NCBI GenBank assembly: GCA_046760225.1
Contig: JBHIDR010000007.1
Coordinates: 1-26,075, forward strand
DNA from: Candidatus Aenigmatarchaeota archaeon
GTDB lineage: Archaea > Aenigmatarchaeota > Aenigmatarchaeia > Aenigmatarchaeales > JACQIB01
Reading direction: 5' to 3'
DNA length: 26,075 nucleotides
The position numbers and the translations under genes were made by a program. The stretch's first letter is position 1. Each line of letters opens with the position of its first letter. Below the pieces are notes generated by a model. The model did no database searches, had not been told where the DNA came from, and saw only the letters and a program-made list of their open reading frames with translations. Below, one piece after another: positions 6,938 to 16,083 of this stretch.

Positions 6938-8947
6938 GTGATTGGGTTCGCAAAGAAAAAAAGAGTACTGGTTACATCAGCATGGCCCTATGTGCATACC
7001 CTCCCGCACCTAGGAAATCTGGTAGGCAGCATACTGCCTGGTGATGTTATTGCAAGATATTTCAGGCTAAAGGGTGCAAGCACACTGTATGTTACTGGCA
7101 GTGATGTGCACGGCACACCTATGGAAGTGGAGGCCTTCAAAAAAGGGGTGGAGCCTGCAGAGCTTGCTGAAAAGAACCACAAGCTTGTAAAGGAGCTTTT
7201 TGAAAAATGGAACATACAGTTTGATAATTATACAACAACACATACCGAATGGAACAAGCAGACTGTTTATGATTTCTTTGAAAGGCTCTGGAAGAACGGC
7301 TATATTAAAGAAGGGGAAATAGAGCAGGTCTATTGCAAGAATGATAAGAGGTTCCTTCCTGACAGATGGGTTGAGGGCACGTGCCCACATTGCAGTGGAC
7401 TGGCAAGAGGGGACCAGTGCAATGACTGCGGAAAGCTGCTTGATCCAAAGGATCTTATAGATCCCTACTGCATAATCTGCAAGCAGAAAGACCTGGAATT
7501 CAGGAAAACACAGCACCTGTTCATTGATTTGCCTAAATTCAGAGAAAGAATAGAGAAAATGCTTGAAAAGCACAAGGAATGGCCTGACAATGCAAAGAAC
7601 TTTACAAGGGAGTTCATAAAGGATCTCCAGACAAGGCCAATAACAAGGGACCTCAAATGGGGGTTCCCTGTTCCATTGCCCTGGTACAAGGAAAAGGTGT
7701 TCTATGTTTGGTTTGATGCCGTGCTCGGGTATGTCTCAGCTGTGAAGGAATACTGCGATAAGAACAAGTGCAACTGGGAGGAATGGTGGAAGAGGAAAGG
7801 CACAAGGATAATACAGACACTTGGAAAGGACAACATAACTTTCCACACAGTGATATTCCCATCAATGCTAATGGGAACAAAGGCAAGGTACAACCTTCCT
7901 GATTACATAGCATCTTATGAGTATCTGCTTGCAAAAGGAGTGAAATTCTCAAAGAGCAGAGGTGTGGGGTTGAACATTGAGGCTGCACTTGATTTGAGGC
8001 CTGCTGATTACTGGAGATACACGCTGATTGCTCTCCTGCCAGAAGGCAAGGACACTGAGTTCTCCCTGGATGAGCTGCAGAGGAGGGTGAACAATGAGCT
8101 GGCTGACATAGTTGGTAATTTTGTTCAAAGGACACTTGTATTCATAGGTAATAATTACAATGGCAAGGTGCCTGAAAAGAAAAGGCTTGCTCCAGAAGAC
8201 AAGAAGATGGTAAAAAAATATGAAAAACTGGTAAAGGAAGCAGAAAAGAACTTTGAGAAAATAAAATTAAGAGATGCATTGGGCACCACCATGAAGATTG
8301 CTTCTGAAGCAAATGCATACCTGAACAAGAAAGAGCCCTGGCATGCTGTGGGCAAAGCAAGTGCTGCGAACACGCTTTATGTTTGTGCAAATATTGCTAA
8401 GGGACTTGGTGTGCTGCTCGAGCCCTTTGTTCCAAAGTCAGCACAAAGCATATGGAAGCAATTAGGAATAAGGGAAAGTGTGCACAAGGCGGGTAACTTT
8501 GACCTGATAAAGAAGTTCACGCTTGAATCAGGCCACAAGATAGGAAAGCCAAAGCCATTATTCAAAAAGATTGGTAATGAAGAACTAAAGGAATGGAAAA
8601 AGAAACTACAGGAAGAGGTGAAATATGTGAACATAGAGGACTTCGAGAAGCTTGACCTCAGGGTGGCTGAGATAAAGTCTGCTGAAATAGTAAAGGGAAG
8701 TGACAACCTGTACAAGCTGGAAATAGACATGGGAGAAGAGGAGAGAAGGACAATTGTTGCAGGAATAAGGAAGAACTATGAGCAGGACGAACTTGTTGGG
8801 AAGCAGATTATTGTCATAGCCAACCTCAAGCCAGCAAAGATAAAGGGGATTGAGAGCAAGGGAATGCTACTTGCAGCAGAAGAAGGCAAGAAGGTGGTCA
8901 TTCTCACACCAGACAAGAGGCTGAAGCCAGGAAGCAAGGTGAGCTAA
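6938..8947 (+). CDS. metG: Methionyl-tRNA synthetase with C-terminal tRNA-binding OB domain
   Basis: TSAWPY..PHLGN (HIGH), GSDVHG, Zn knuckles, YVWFDA, GKDNITFH, KFSKSRG, C-terminal DLRVAEI...NLKPAKIKGIESKGMLLA. Confidence 0.97.
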   Translation: MIGFAKKKRVLVTSAWPYVHTLPHLGNLVGSILPGDVIARYFRLKGASTLYVTGSDVHGTPMEVEAFKKGVEPAELAEKNHKLVKELFEKWNIQFDNYTTTHTEWNKQTVYDFFERLWKNGYIKEGEIEQVYCKNDKRFLPDRWVEGTCPHCSGLARGDQCNDCGKLLDPKDLIDPYCIICKQKDLEFRKTQHLFIDLPKFRERIEKMLEKHKEWPDNAKNFTREFIKDLQTRPITRDLKWGFPVPLPWYKEKVFYVWFDAVLGYVSAVKEYCDKNKCNWEEWWKRKGTRIIQTLGKDNITFHTVIFPSMLMGTKARYNLPDYIASYEYLLAKGVKFSKSRGVGLNIEAALDLRPADYWRYTLIALLPEGKDTEFSLDELQRRVNNELADIVGNFVQRTLVFIGNNYNGKVPEKKRLAPEDKKMVKKYEKLVKEAEKNFEKIKLRDALGTTMKIASEANAYLNKKEPWHAVGKASAANTLYVCANIAKGLGVLLEPFVPKSAQSIWKQLGIRESVHKAGNFDLIKKFTLESGHKIGKPKPLFKKIGNEELKEWKKKLQEEVKYVNIEDFEKLDLRVAEIKSAEIVKGSDNLYKLEIDMGEEERRTIVAGIRKNYEQDELVGKQIIVIANLKPAKIKGIESKGMLLAAEEGKKVVILTPDKRLKPGSKVS

Positions 8948-9016
8948 AGGCAAAAACAAGCAACCAAAAAACCGCAAGAACACCGTTTTATAAACTTTCC
9001 TACATAATTATTATAC

Positions 9017-9550
9017 ATGATGTATATGAACCTCGTGGTTGGAGGAGAGGTCCAAAAACAGGCGTTCAGAAAATATGTTGAGGGTCTTGCGCAGCAACTG
9101 AACCTGTCAGGATTCGTGTATAATAATGATAATGGCTCTGTAGTTATTTCTTGCAGGGGCTCTGAGGATGATGCTGAGGTAAGCACATTTATTGATGGTG
9201 TAAGACGTTTCCCTTCTGCAGAAGTGGCACGATGTGAGGAAGCAGCAGAGCCATATTTACCAAATGATTTCAGCCGCATTGTGCAGAATTATGAAAAAGA
9301 AATAGCCGAACGCTTGGACGAGGGCGTGGGAGAATTACGTAAAATGAACGAAAGATTATACAACTTGGACAAGGGACAGGAGGACATGCGTGATGGGATA
9401 AAGGACGTGCATGATGAGGTAAAAGGCCTGCGTGAGGACGTTGGAGGCCTGCGTGAGGACATGGGAAAATATTTCAATGCGCAGCTCGAGTTCAATGAGA
9501 AGCTTACCAAGGCAGTCGAGGCAATAGCCTACCGCAACAACAGTTCTTGA
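9017..9550 (+). CDS. Acylphosphatase-like domain fused to a coiled coil
   Basis: GEVQKQAFR...LSGFVYNNDNGSVVI acylphosphatase pattern; C-terminal heptads. Confidence 0.75.
   Translation: MMYMNLVVGGEVQKQAFRKYVEGLAQQLNLSGFVYNNDNGSVVISCRGSEDDAEVSTFIDGVRRFPSAEVARCEEAAEPYLPNDFSRIVQNYEKEIAERLDEGVGELRKMNERLYNLDKGQEDMRDGIKDVHDEVKGLREDVGGLREDMGKYFNAQLEFNEKLTKAVEAIAYRNNSS
9424..9460 (+). repeat. 21-nt-period direct repeat (AGGCCTGCGTGAGGAC x2) encoding a heptad duplication
   Basis: Copies at 9424-9439 and 9445-9460; protein GLREDVG-GLREDMG. Confidence 0.8.
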
Positions 9551-9588
9551 CTGTAAGACACTTAAAGATTAGTTTTCTATTACCAGGC

Positions 9589-9906
9589 ATGGGAGATTAC
9601 TGCTCGCAGCTGGAGAACATACCAAAGGAAGGGGAAAGTATTTGGAATTCTGACCTTTACAAATGCAGGATTACAGGAAGAAGATGTATAGCAAGCACTT
9701 ATGAGGATCCTGACCCCGGGCATCCAGGAAGCAGGGAAGAAGCTTATTATCATGATGGTGAGGCACGAAGCTGCCCCGCGTATAATGCTACTGATGAGAT
9801 GGCAGCTGTAATAAAGGGATTTAAGCTTCGCCTGGAAAGGGAGAAAAAGGAAAAATATCTTGAGAAATTAGAAGCTGAATTAAAAAAGATAACAGAAGGT
9901 TCTTAA
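9589..9906 (+). CDS. Hypothetical protein with four Cys and C-terminal coiled coil
   Basis: ORF from ATG 9589, host-like codons; no recognisable family. Confidence 0.55.
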   Translation: MGDYCSQLENIPKEGESIWNSDLYKCRITGRRCIASTYEDPDPGHPGSREEAYYHDGEARSCPAYNATDEMAAVIKGFKLRLEREKKEKYLEKLEAELKKITEGS

Positions 9907-9964
9907 GGCAAAGGACGTATAGGGATACGGCAGGCTTAAATGGGTTGGGAATTTTACTTCTATT

Positions 9965-10288
9965 ATGGAAGATACAAGTAGATGGAGGGCTGTTGCAACA
10001 AAGGGCAAGCTGTCAAAGGGGCATAATACTTACCTGCTAGAGTTAGCAATGAAAAGGAATTATCATTCTCCTGAGCTTGACAGGATATTCAGCAGGATTG
10101 TAAAGGAGTACGGGTTTTATTGTCCAATTCTGGACAGGGTATTTCTTGACAGGAAGTATATAGAAGGCATAGAGCCTGCGTTTGAGTTATACTTGGACAA
10201 GTATGTGGCAATGAACAGGAAGATAATAGAGCTTGTTGGCGGGGAAGAGGAATGCAACATAATGTATGAAATTGCGCAGGAAGCCTAA
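9965..10288 (+). CDS. Hypothetical protein
   Basis: 107-aa ORF with host-like codon usage; no recognisable family. Confidence 0.55.
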   Translation: MEDTSRWRAVATKGKLSKGHNTYLLELAMKRNYHSPELDRIFSRIVKEYGFYCPILDRVFLDRKYIEGIEPAFELYLDKYVAMNRKIIELVGGEEECNIMYEIAQEA

Positions 10289-10331
10289 ACTTCACTTTAG
10301 TGTAAACAGAATGCAAAAACAAAAGGTTTCT

Positions 10332-10676
10332 TTACATCTCCCTTGCAATGTGGGCAAAGCTCGGTGTGAGGATTATCCAGTCCTCGTCTATTCCTGCGAT
10401 GTCTCCGTTGAGTGCAACGCATGTCTTCCTGAGCTTGTCTATTGCCCTCTTGAGCTCTGAAAGGTCCTTGTCCTTAAGGCTCTTTATCTTCACCAGAACA
10501 ATGCTTCCTCCCCTGATTAACTTCTGTATCCTGTCTGAATCAGAAAAGTCGTCTATCTTGTCAACCCTTATGGGTATCTTCCCTGTTGAAGTTGTTGTGG
10601 CTGTTGTATCAAGCTCTATGTACTCATCTTCTCCGAGTTCGCTAAATCCCCTTCCAAACAGTTTGTCCAGAACCAT
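10332..10676 (-). CDS. sepF: Cell division protein SepF (archaeal type)
   Basis: EYIELD N-terminal motif; GSIVLVKI...ELKRAIDKLRK....GDIAGI....IILTP; GGAGGCGA RBS. Confidence 0.9.
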   Translation of the reverse strand: MVLDKLFGRGFSELGEDEYIELDTTATTTSTGKIPIRVDKIDDFSDSDRIQKLIRGGSIVLVKIKSLKDKDLSELKRAIDKLRKTCVALNGDIAGIDEDWIILTPSFAHIAREM

Positions 10677-10726
10677 TGGATCGCCTCCTTATTACCTATT
10701 ATTATTGTAGGTGCAAATTTAAATAA

Positions 10727-10978
10727 CTACTTTTGCATGGACTCCAGCGTGGAAACTATGTTCCATATCTGGGTCCTGGTATACATTGGTATGTTCGGGT
10801 CATTTGAGACCTCATCAAGGTTTGAGATAACAGTGTTTATCCTGAGCTCGAGGGGCTGGTCCTCCTTCTGGAGCGTTTCTATGCTTTCCAGAATCTTCTC
10901 CCTTATGTTCCTTGGCACGCTTCTGTCTTCTGCTACCTGCTTCAGCAGGGGTATTACATCCTCGAACATCTTTAACAC
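10727..10978 (-). CDS. UPF0147 family protein
   Basis: DRSVPRNIR...LDEVSNDPNIPMYTRTQIWNIVSTLE signature. Confidence 0.9.
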   Translation of the reverse strand: MLKMFEDVIPLLKQVAEDRSVPRNIREKILESIETLQKEDQPLELRINTVISNLDEVSNDPNIPMYTRTQIWNIVSTLESMQK

Positions 10979-11058
10979 CTATCTCAAAGCTCATGATTCA
11001 TCAAGCGAATTTTTTAATTTAATAACATAGAGTTTCTCATGCTTAAATAGCTTACGCT

Positions 11059-12027
11059 TTATTCTATCCTCTTTGCCTTTTTCTTTGTTTTCTTTTCAAT
11101 TTGATCGAGAACAAAGGAGAATGCCTTGTGCACCTGGCCTGGCTTTTTTCCGTTTGCAGAGCCTGCCTGGGCATGGCCGCCACCTGTTCCGCCTATTATC
11201 TTACCAACTTCCTTGAATATCTCTGCAAGGTTTATGCCATGCTCTTCAATGTTCCGCCTTGCCCTGCTGGATATCCTTATCTCATTTTTCTTGACTGCTG
11301 CAACAACTGCAATGTCAGCGCCTGTTCTTATGAGTGCTCTGCATGATGCTGCTTCATGCGACTTGAGCTTTGAAAAAACAACAAGAAGCTCACCAAGCCT
11401 GAACACACTGGCGCGGGTGGCTGCTTTCAGTCCTGCTATCCTGTCTGATATCTCAACCGGGGCCTCGATAAGCTTCATTATCTCGTCCATCCTTATCCCG
11501 CCTTCAAACAGCTCGAGCAATATTCTCAGCTCCTCCTTTCCTGCAAGCCTGAGGTGCGCTGTGTCCGCAACAATGCCTGCTGCAAGGAGAAGCGCGATTC
11601 TTTTTGTCAGCTTGCACTTCATTTCCATAATAATCCGGAATACCATCTGTGCTGTTGACTTTGCTCGGGTTTCTATCCATTTTACTTTTGCAGACTCAGC
11701 AAGAGGTCCTGGCTCATGGTGGTCAATGAGCACATCCGCCTTCAGGTTCTTTACATGTGCGAGCTGCTCAGGCACAGAAGTGTCAACAACTATAACATTA
11801 TTGTATTTTGAGCAGTCCGGGTCGATGAGTATGCTGTGGCCTTCTGCTATTTTTTTTGCTGGCCTTGAAACTGATTCAGACGCTCCTACCTGGGCACTTA
11901 TCCCTTTCTGTTTCAGGCACAGGGAGAGAGCAAGTGCTGACCCAAGTGCATCTATGTCAGCATTATGGTGCGTGAGCACCAACACGTTTCCTTTTATGGC
12001 CTTTAGAGCTGAAATGGTGTTTTCCAT
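11059..12027 (-). CDS. DHH/DHHA1 family phosphoesterase
   Basis: THHNADIDALGS, VVDTS, IDHH, GIVADT, GGGHAQAG; start placed at MENTIS (12027). Confidence 0.92.
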   Translation of the reverse strand: MENTISALKAIKGNVLVLTHHNADIDALGSALALSLCLKQKGISAQVGASESVSRPAKKIAEGHSILIDPDCSKYNNVIVVDTSVPEQLAHVKNLKADVLIDHHEPGPLAESAKVKWIETRAKSTAQMVFRIIMEMKCKLTKRIALLLAAGIVADTAHLRLAGKEELRILLELFEGGIRMDEIMKLIEAPVEISDRIAGLKAATRASVFRLGELLVVFSKLKSHEAASCRALIRTGADIAVVAAVKKNEIRISSRARRNIEEHGINLAEIFKEVGKIIGGTGGGHAQAGSANGKKPGQVHKAFSFVLDQIEKKTKKKAKRIE

Positions 12028-12182
12028 GGAGAAATCATGGTCTCCGGTTTTTTTAAAGACCTTTTGACAGCTCGAAATTAATACCCGTTGATATGAGTTA
12101 AAAACCGTAAAGTTTATATATATGTTTAACATAAGAATAGCTACACCAATTGACGTATTAACTTCGTTTGAGGGGTGAAAAG

Positions 12183-12350
12183 ATGCAGTTTGACAATACA
12201 GGTGAGGGAACTTATAGACCAGTGCACCTGGAAGAGTTCCATCCAGCATTAAGTGAAGAACAATATAATCAGGCACTTAGTCTTAATCTTAATCCAGATG
12301 CACCAGATTTTGACTATGAGGGCTTCATAGAGGAGCTCAACAAATATTAG
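12183..12350 (+). CDS. Small acidic hypothetical protein (55 aa)
   Basis: Strong GAGGGGTGA RBS before ATG 12183. Confidence 0.55.
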   Translation: MQFDNTGEGTYRPVHLEEFHPALSEEQYNQALSLNLNPDAPDFDYEGFIEELNKY

Positions 12351-12363
12351 CGAGGAGATTGAG

Positions 12364-12537
12364 ATGGCAGGTAGAACCGTGCATTATTGCTTTACAAACA
12401 AGGAGCTGTACGACATGGCTCGTAATGCAGGTGCTCAGAAAATTGCATGCGATCCTGGGGAAGGCGTTTTTGAGGTTTCTGTTCCAGGGCCACTTATAGA
12501 CAGGGTTGAGGAAAGGCTGTTTCCCTATTTAAAGTGA
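12364..12537 (+). CDS. Small hypothetical protein (57 aa, not in ORF track): MAGRTVHYCFTNKELYDMARNAGAQKIACDPGEGVFEVSVPGPLIDRVEERLFPYLK
   Basis: GAGGAG RBS at 12352-12357; fills the gap between its neighbours. Confidence 0.55.
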   Translation: MAGRTVHYCFTNKELYDMARNAGAQKIACDPGEGVFEVSVPGPLIDRVEERLFPYLK

Positions 12538-12542
12538 TTTCC

Positions 12543-12860
12543 ATGACAGCACATTCAAATGGCAAGCAAGTAAGGGAGTTTGATAATGCTATTACAGTGA
12601 GCAAATATGCGGGTGGGGATGACATGGAAAAGGCGATTGCATATATTGACATTGAGACGATGTGCCTGCAGGACATAATATTTTATCCCCTTGCAAATGA
12701 GATAATCAGGGGGTACTCCTTTTCAGAAGAAGGCAGGGGAACGGCAATAACGCGTATCAGGGAGCTGGACGGTGCAGAATATTTGAGGAACAGCAAAGGC
12801 TATGAGAAGAAGATAAGGGAGATATGTGAAAAAGTGAAAAAGAAAGAAGAGGAAGATTAG
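12543..12860 (+). CDS. Hypothetical protein
   Basis: Third ORF of a tightly packed plus-strand trio; converges on pfdB. Confidence 0.55.
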   Translation: MTAHSNGKQVREFDNAITVSKYAGGDDMEKAIAYIDIETMCLQDIIFYPLANEIIRGYSFSEEGRGTAITRIRELDGAEYLRNSKGYEKKIREICEKVKKKEEED

Positions 12861-13234
12861 CCGGCTGTTTCTGTTCCAGAAAGCATTTGCTGAAGCTTTT
12901 TCTGGAGTTCCATGACCCTCTGATTGACTGCTGCTTCCTGCTTTTCAAATGTCTTCAATCTTAGGTCTATTGATTCATTCCTCTCCTTGAGCTCTTTTTC
13001 CATTTTCTTCTTGGAGCTCTTTATGAGTATTGGCCCCACTGCCCTGAAAACATCCTCGCCCTGTTTTGTTTTGCCCAGCTCCTCCAGTGCTTTTTCATTC
13101 TCAAGCTTCTGTATCTGTAGGCTTTCCTTCTGCAGTGCCAGTGCCTGCAGCTGCTGCCTGAATGCCTGGAGCTGCATGAGCATTTGCTGGGCTTCTGGAG
13201 GAAGCGCAACCGGCTTTTCAGTTTTTTTAACCAA
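12857..13234 (-). CDS. pfdB: Prefoldin beta subunit
   Basis: LPPEAQQMLMQLQ...ALEEL....VFRAVGPILIK; follows pcc1. Start uncertain (TTG 13234). Confidence 0.92.
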   Translation of the reverse strand: MVKKTEKPVALPPEAQQMLMQLQAFRQQLQALALQKESLQIQKLENEKALEELGKTKQGEDVFRAVGPILIKSSKKKMEKELKERNESIDLRLKTFEKQEAAVNQRVMELQKKLQQMLSGTETAG

Positions 13235-13448
13235 TTTTTTCAACCTCTATTGCAGTTCTTATTAATCTCAGGTATGAGTTTATGCCTGTCAGCAGACCTG
13301 TTATGTCTTCTGATTCGACTTTGAGCAAGAGCCTGTTCTCCCCTGCTTCAAGCAGTGCATTGAACCTTTGTGTTGCGGTTATATCGGGCTCTATTGCCTT
13401 TATTATGTCTTCCGGATTTTTGCATCCGATATCAATGGTAGCTCTCAT
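13227..13448 (-). CDS. pcc1: KEOPS subunit Pcc1
   Basis: IIKAIEPD...LKVESEDITGLLTGINSYLRLI; syntenic position. Confidence 0.85.
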   Translation of the reverse strand: MRATIDIGCKNPEDIIKAIEPDITATQRFNALLEAGENRLLLKVESEDITGLLTGINSYLRLIRTAIEVEKIG

Positions 13449-13579
13449 ATCGCTGATACCTTCCTTGTGGTCTTGGGCCTTGATTTCAGGAGAATCCTGT
13501 AGCCGCAGTAAGGACAGCGTATCTTTTCCTTCAGGGTTTCAAAATCCACGGTCTTTCCGCATTGCAAGCACTTGTACAT
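13445..13579 (-). CDS. rpoP: RNA polymerase subunit P (Rpo12)
   Basis: MYKCLQCG...IRCPYCGYRILLKSRP. Confidence 0.95.
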   Translation of the reverse strand: MYKCLQCGKTVDFETLKEKIRCPYCGYRILLKSRPKTTRKVSAI

Positions 13580-13580
13580 T

Positions 13581-13832
13581 TCATTCACCATAAACCTTTT
13601 TTGCAGCCTCGCCCACAGGAGAGGTGGGCAAATAGGCTGCTCCTGCAAACTTGGCACTGCACTTCCTGCATACCCATATGCCTGAAGCCAGCCTCTTGAG
13701 CGCAAGGCGCTCACAATATGGGCACTTCTGCTTCTTTCTCTGCTTTTTCTCAATGACAGCGATTATCTTCTTGGAGCGCCTTCCATACCGCGGCCCGTAC
13801 CTTCCTGTTGTCCCGACTTTTTTGGTCGGCAT
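13581..13832 (-). CDS. rpl37ae: 50S ribosomal protein L37ae (eL43)
   Basis: KKVGTTGRYGPRYG, CPYC, GIWVCRKC, FAGAAY. Confidence 0.96.
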   Translation of the reverse strand: MPTKKVGTTGRYGPRYGRRSKKIIAVIEKKQRKKQKCPYCERLALKRLASGIWVCRKCSAKFAGAAYLPTSPVGEAAKKVYGE

Positions 13833-13872
13833 AAAATCCTCTATTTACTGATAATGTTTAATATTTAAAAAG

Positions 13873-14655
13873 CTACTTGATTAGTTTCCTGAGCTCCTTT
13901 CCCTTTCCAAGGGAAAATTCAACAGCCTTCTTTACCTCTTCCACTGTGAAAAAGCCCTTCCCTGCTTTCTGCACTGCGCATACCTTGTTGTCCTTTGTGG
14001 TTGTTATTGTTATCTGGGCGTCCCTGGCTTCTTCTTCCTCGAGCTCTGCGTCCACAACAAGCGCATCTGCTATCTTGGATGTTGTGACAGGCACTGGTAT
14101 GTCCTTCATGGGCAAGGGCTTTCTTTTTTCAAAAGGTATATCGCGCACCACTTTCTCGTTCTCTGTGTCCCATTCAGGCATCCTTGTGTTCATCAGTGCG
14201 GCAATTGCTCCAAGACCGCATGCATCCATGAGGTTTCCATCATGGTCGAGTGCATGCGCATCAATATGAACAACCCATACCTTTTCCTTTGGCACAATGC
14301 AGAGCTTTTCCATGTCTATTGCCTTGCTCTCCCTTATTCCCCTGTCAACTACTCTTGCAATCTCAATTGCTACTTCATTGGGCGGGCCTGGCTCGAATGT
14401 TGGGGATGCAATTGGCACGAGCTCTGCATCAACAATAAGGTTGCCCTCCTCAGGTGTGTCTGGATAAGGCTCGCGCACATCCATCTTAACACCAACAATC
14501 ACATGGGTGTTCCCCATTCTTACTCTTGCAGATCCTTCTGCATTCAAGGCCACGCCTGTTTCTATCTGGACTGGCCTGAACTCATCAAATTTCCTGTTGC
14601 CAACCCTTATCTTGTCCTCAATCAGCTTCTTGATATAACGCTCTTTGATACTCAT
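13873..14655 (-). CDS. rrp42: Exosome complex component Rrp42
   Basis: AEGSARVRMGNT, PYPDTPEEG, FEPGPP, ARVVDRGIRES, DHDGNLMDA. Confidence 0.96.
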   Translation of the reverse strand: MSIKERYIKKLIEDKIRVGNRKFDEFRPVQIETGVALNAEGSARVRMGNTHVIVGVKMDVREPYPDTPEEGNLIVDAELVPIASPTFEPGPPNEVAIEIARVVDRGIRESKAIDMEKLCIVPKEKVWVVHIDAHALDHDGNLMDACGLGAIAALMNTRMPEWDTENEKVVRDIPFEKRKPLPMKDIPVPVTTSKIADALVVDAELEEEEARDAQITITTTKDNKVCAVQKAGKGFFTVEEVKKAVEFSLGKGKELRKLIK

Positions 14656-15389
14656 TCTTCCTCGCCTCCTGTGGTTGCATACCTGGTTTTCAGTGCTCCT
14701 TTCTCTTTCTGGAAAATCTCCTTGCATCCCTTAACAGCCAGTTCCAATGCCTTGCTGAACTCATCTATTGTTAATATTCCATCAACCTGCAGCAGCACTA
14801 TCTTCTCGGTCCCGCCTATTGTTGCAACAGCCATGTCAACCTCGCCGTAGTTGTCCTCCACACCTGACACATCAAGCACTATCTTTCCATCCACTTTTCC
14901 AACTGAGCAGGACGCAATGAGGTCCTTCATTGGGATGCCTGCATCTGCCATTGCGAGCGACACTGCATTGAGGCCAGCGCACCTTGTTGATGCATCAGCC
15001 TGCATTATCTCAACAAAGGTATCTATTGCTGTTTTCGGATTGTCTTCCAAAAAAGTTGCACAGGTCAGGGCCTCTGTTATGACCTTTGATATCTCTATGC
15101 CCCTTCTGCTGTAGCCCGGCCTTATTCTTTCCTGTGTTGAGAAAGGTGCCATGAAGTACTTGCAGCGGAGTATTGCCCTCTTGGGCTCCATCATGTGCCT
15201 TGGATGGACCTTTCTTGGGCCATAAACAGCAGCAAGCGCCTTGGTGTTGCCGAACTCGAACCTGGCAGAACCGCCTGCTCTTCTGAGCACGCCGGCTTCT
15301 ACTATTATTGGTCTGAACTCCTCCAGTTTTCTGCCATCAAGTCGCTTGTTCTTGACAATCAGCTTTTCCGGTGCTCCTACCTTTGCCAT
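14652..15389 (-). CDS. rrp41: Exosome complex exonuclease Rrp41
   Basis: RLDGRK, AVYGPR, YFMAPFST.ER, QADASTRCAG, EDNYGEVDM. Confidence 0.96.
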   Translation of the reverse strand: MAKVGAPEKLIVKNKRLDGRKLEEFRPIIVEAGVLRRAGGSARFEFGNTKALAAVYGPRKVHPRHMMEPKRAILRCKYFMAPFSTQERIRPGYSRRGIEISKVITEALTCATFLEDNPKTAIDTFVEIMQADASTRCAGLNAVSLAMADAGIPMKDLIASCSVGKVDGKIVLDVSGVEDNYGEVDMAVATIGGTEKIVLLQVDGILTIDEFSKALELAVKGCKEIFQKEKGALKTRYATTGGEEE

Positions 15390-15390
15390 A

Positions 15391-16080
15391 TCAACCACCC
15401 TCCTCCAGCATTTTTGTTATCCTGTCTGTGAGCCCTGCTATGTGCGCTTCCTGCTCCACCATGAGCACTGCTTTTGAGGCAAGTGATTCATCCGTGCCCC
15501 TGAGCCAGACAAGGCCGTTCTGGCCAACAACAATCTGGCATCCTGTCTTGCCCTTTATGAGCTCTATCATTGACCCGCCCTTTCCAATGAGCCTGGGCAC
15601 CTTTGAGGGCGTTATGTGCAGGAGCCTTCCTCCTGTGAGCTTCTTTGCCCTGTAGTCTGCCATTGTGAGCTGCACGTTCTTTGACTTTGTCACATTCAGG
15701 ACCTTTGCATACACAACATCACCCACATCAAAATAAACAGAGATGTCTGTTTTGGAGAGGTCAACATATTCCTTTACTGCCTCACCAATCTGCAGTATTG
15801 CATCATATGGGCTGTTTATGTCGAGTATCCAAAAGGTGGTCTGCATGTCTGTCACTATGCCTATTATGCCGTCCCCTGGCTTGGGCACATACACGCCTGC
15901 AAGCGGGATCACGCTCAGCATCCTGTCCTTTACCTTTAGCAGACCAAGAAGTTTTGACTTGATCTCATGGTCTGTTCTGTAGCAGCCTGCACCAGGAAGG
16001 TACTCAAGGCCCCTGGCAATTATGTCCCCGGGGGTCACAAGCTTTCTTTCCTTTATCAAAAGTTCTGATTTTTCTGCCAT
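15391..16080 (-). CDS. rrp4: Exosome complex RNA-binding protein Rrp4
   Basis: VTPGD, YVPKPGD, S1 domain, KH motif PRLIGKGGSMI, VGQNGLVW. Confidence 0.96.
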   Translation of the reverse strand: MAEKSELLIKERKLVTPGDIIARGLEYLPGAGCYRTDHEIKSKLLGLLKVKDRMLSVIPLAGVYVPKPGDGIIGIVTDMQTTFWILDINSPYDAILQIGEAVKEYVDLSKTDISVYFDVGDVVYAKVLNVTKSKNVQLTMADYRAKKLTGGRLLHITPSKVPRLIGKGGSMIELIKGKTGCQIVVGQNGLVWLRGTDESLASKAVLMVEQEAHIAGLTDRITKMLEEGG

Positions 16081-16083
16081 ACT

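Noticed and set aside
6882..6941. Short ORF upstream of metG as attenuator peptide (starts MMM)
   Set aside because: Met codons only at the start and no terminator/antiterminator structure seen; insufficient support.
9424..9460. Mini CRISPR array
   Set aside because: Only two 16-nt copies with a 5-nt gap, in frame within a coiled coil; no cas genes.
11126..12067. 313-aa plus-strand ORF
   Set aside because: Antisense shadow of the DHH gene; the same applies to most other antisense ORFs in the track.
12028..12276. N-terminal extension of the DHH ORF (405 aa)
   Set aside because: Runs through an AT-rich divergent promoter and overlaps a plus-strand ORF; DHH homology begins near 12027.
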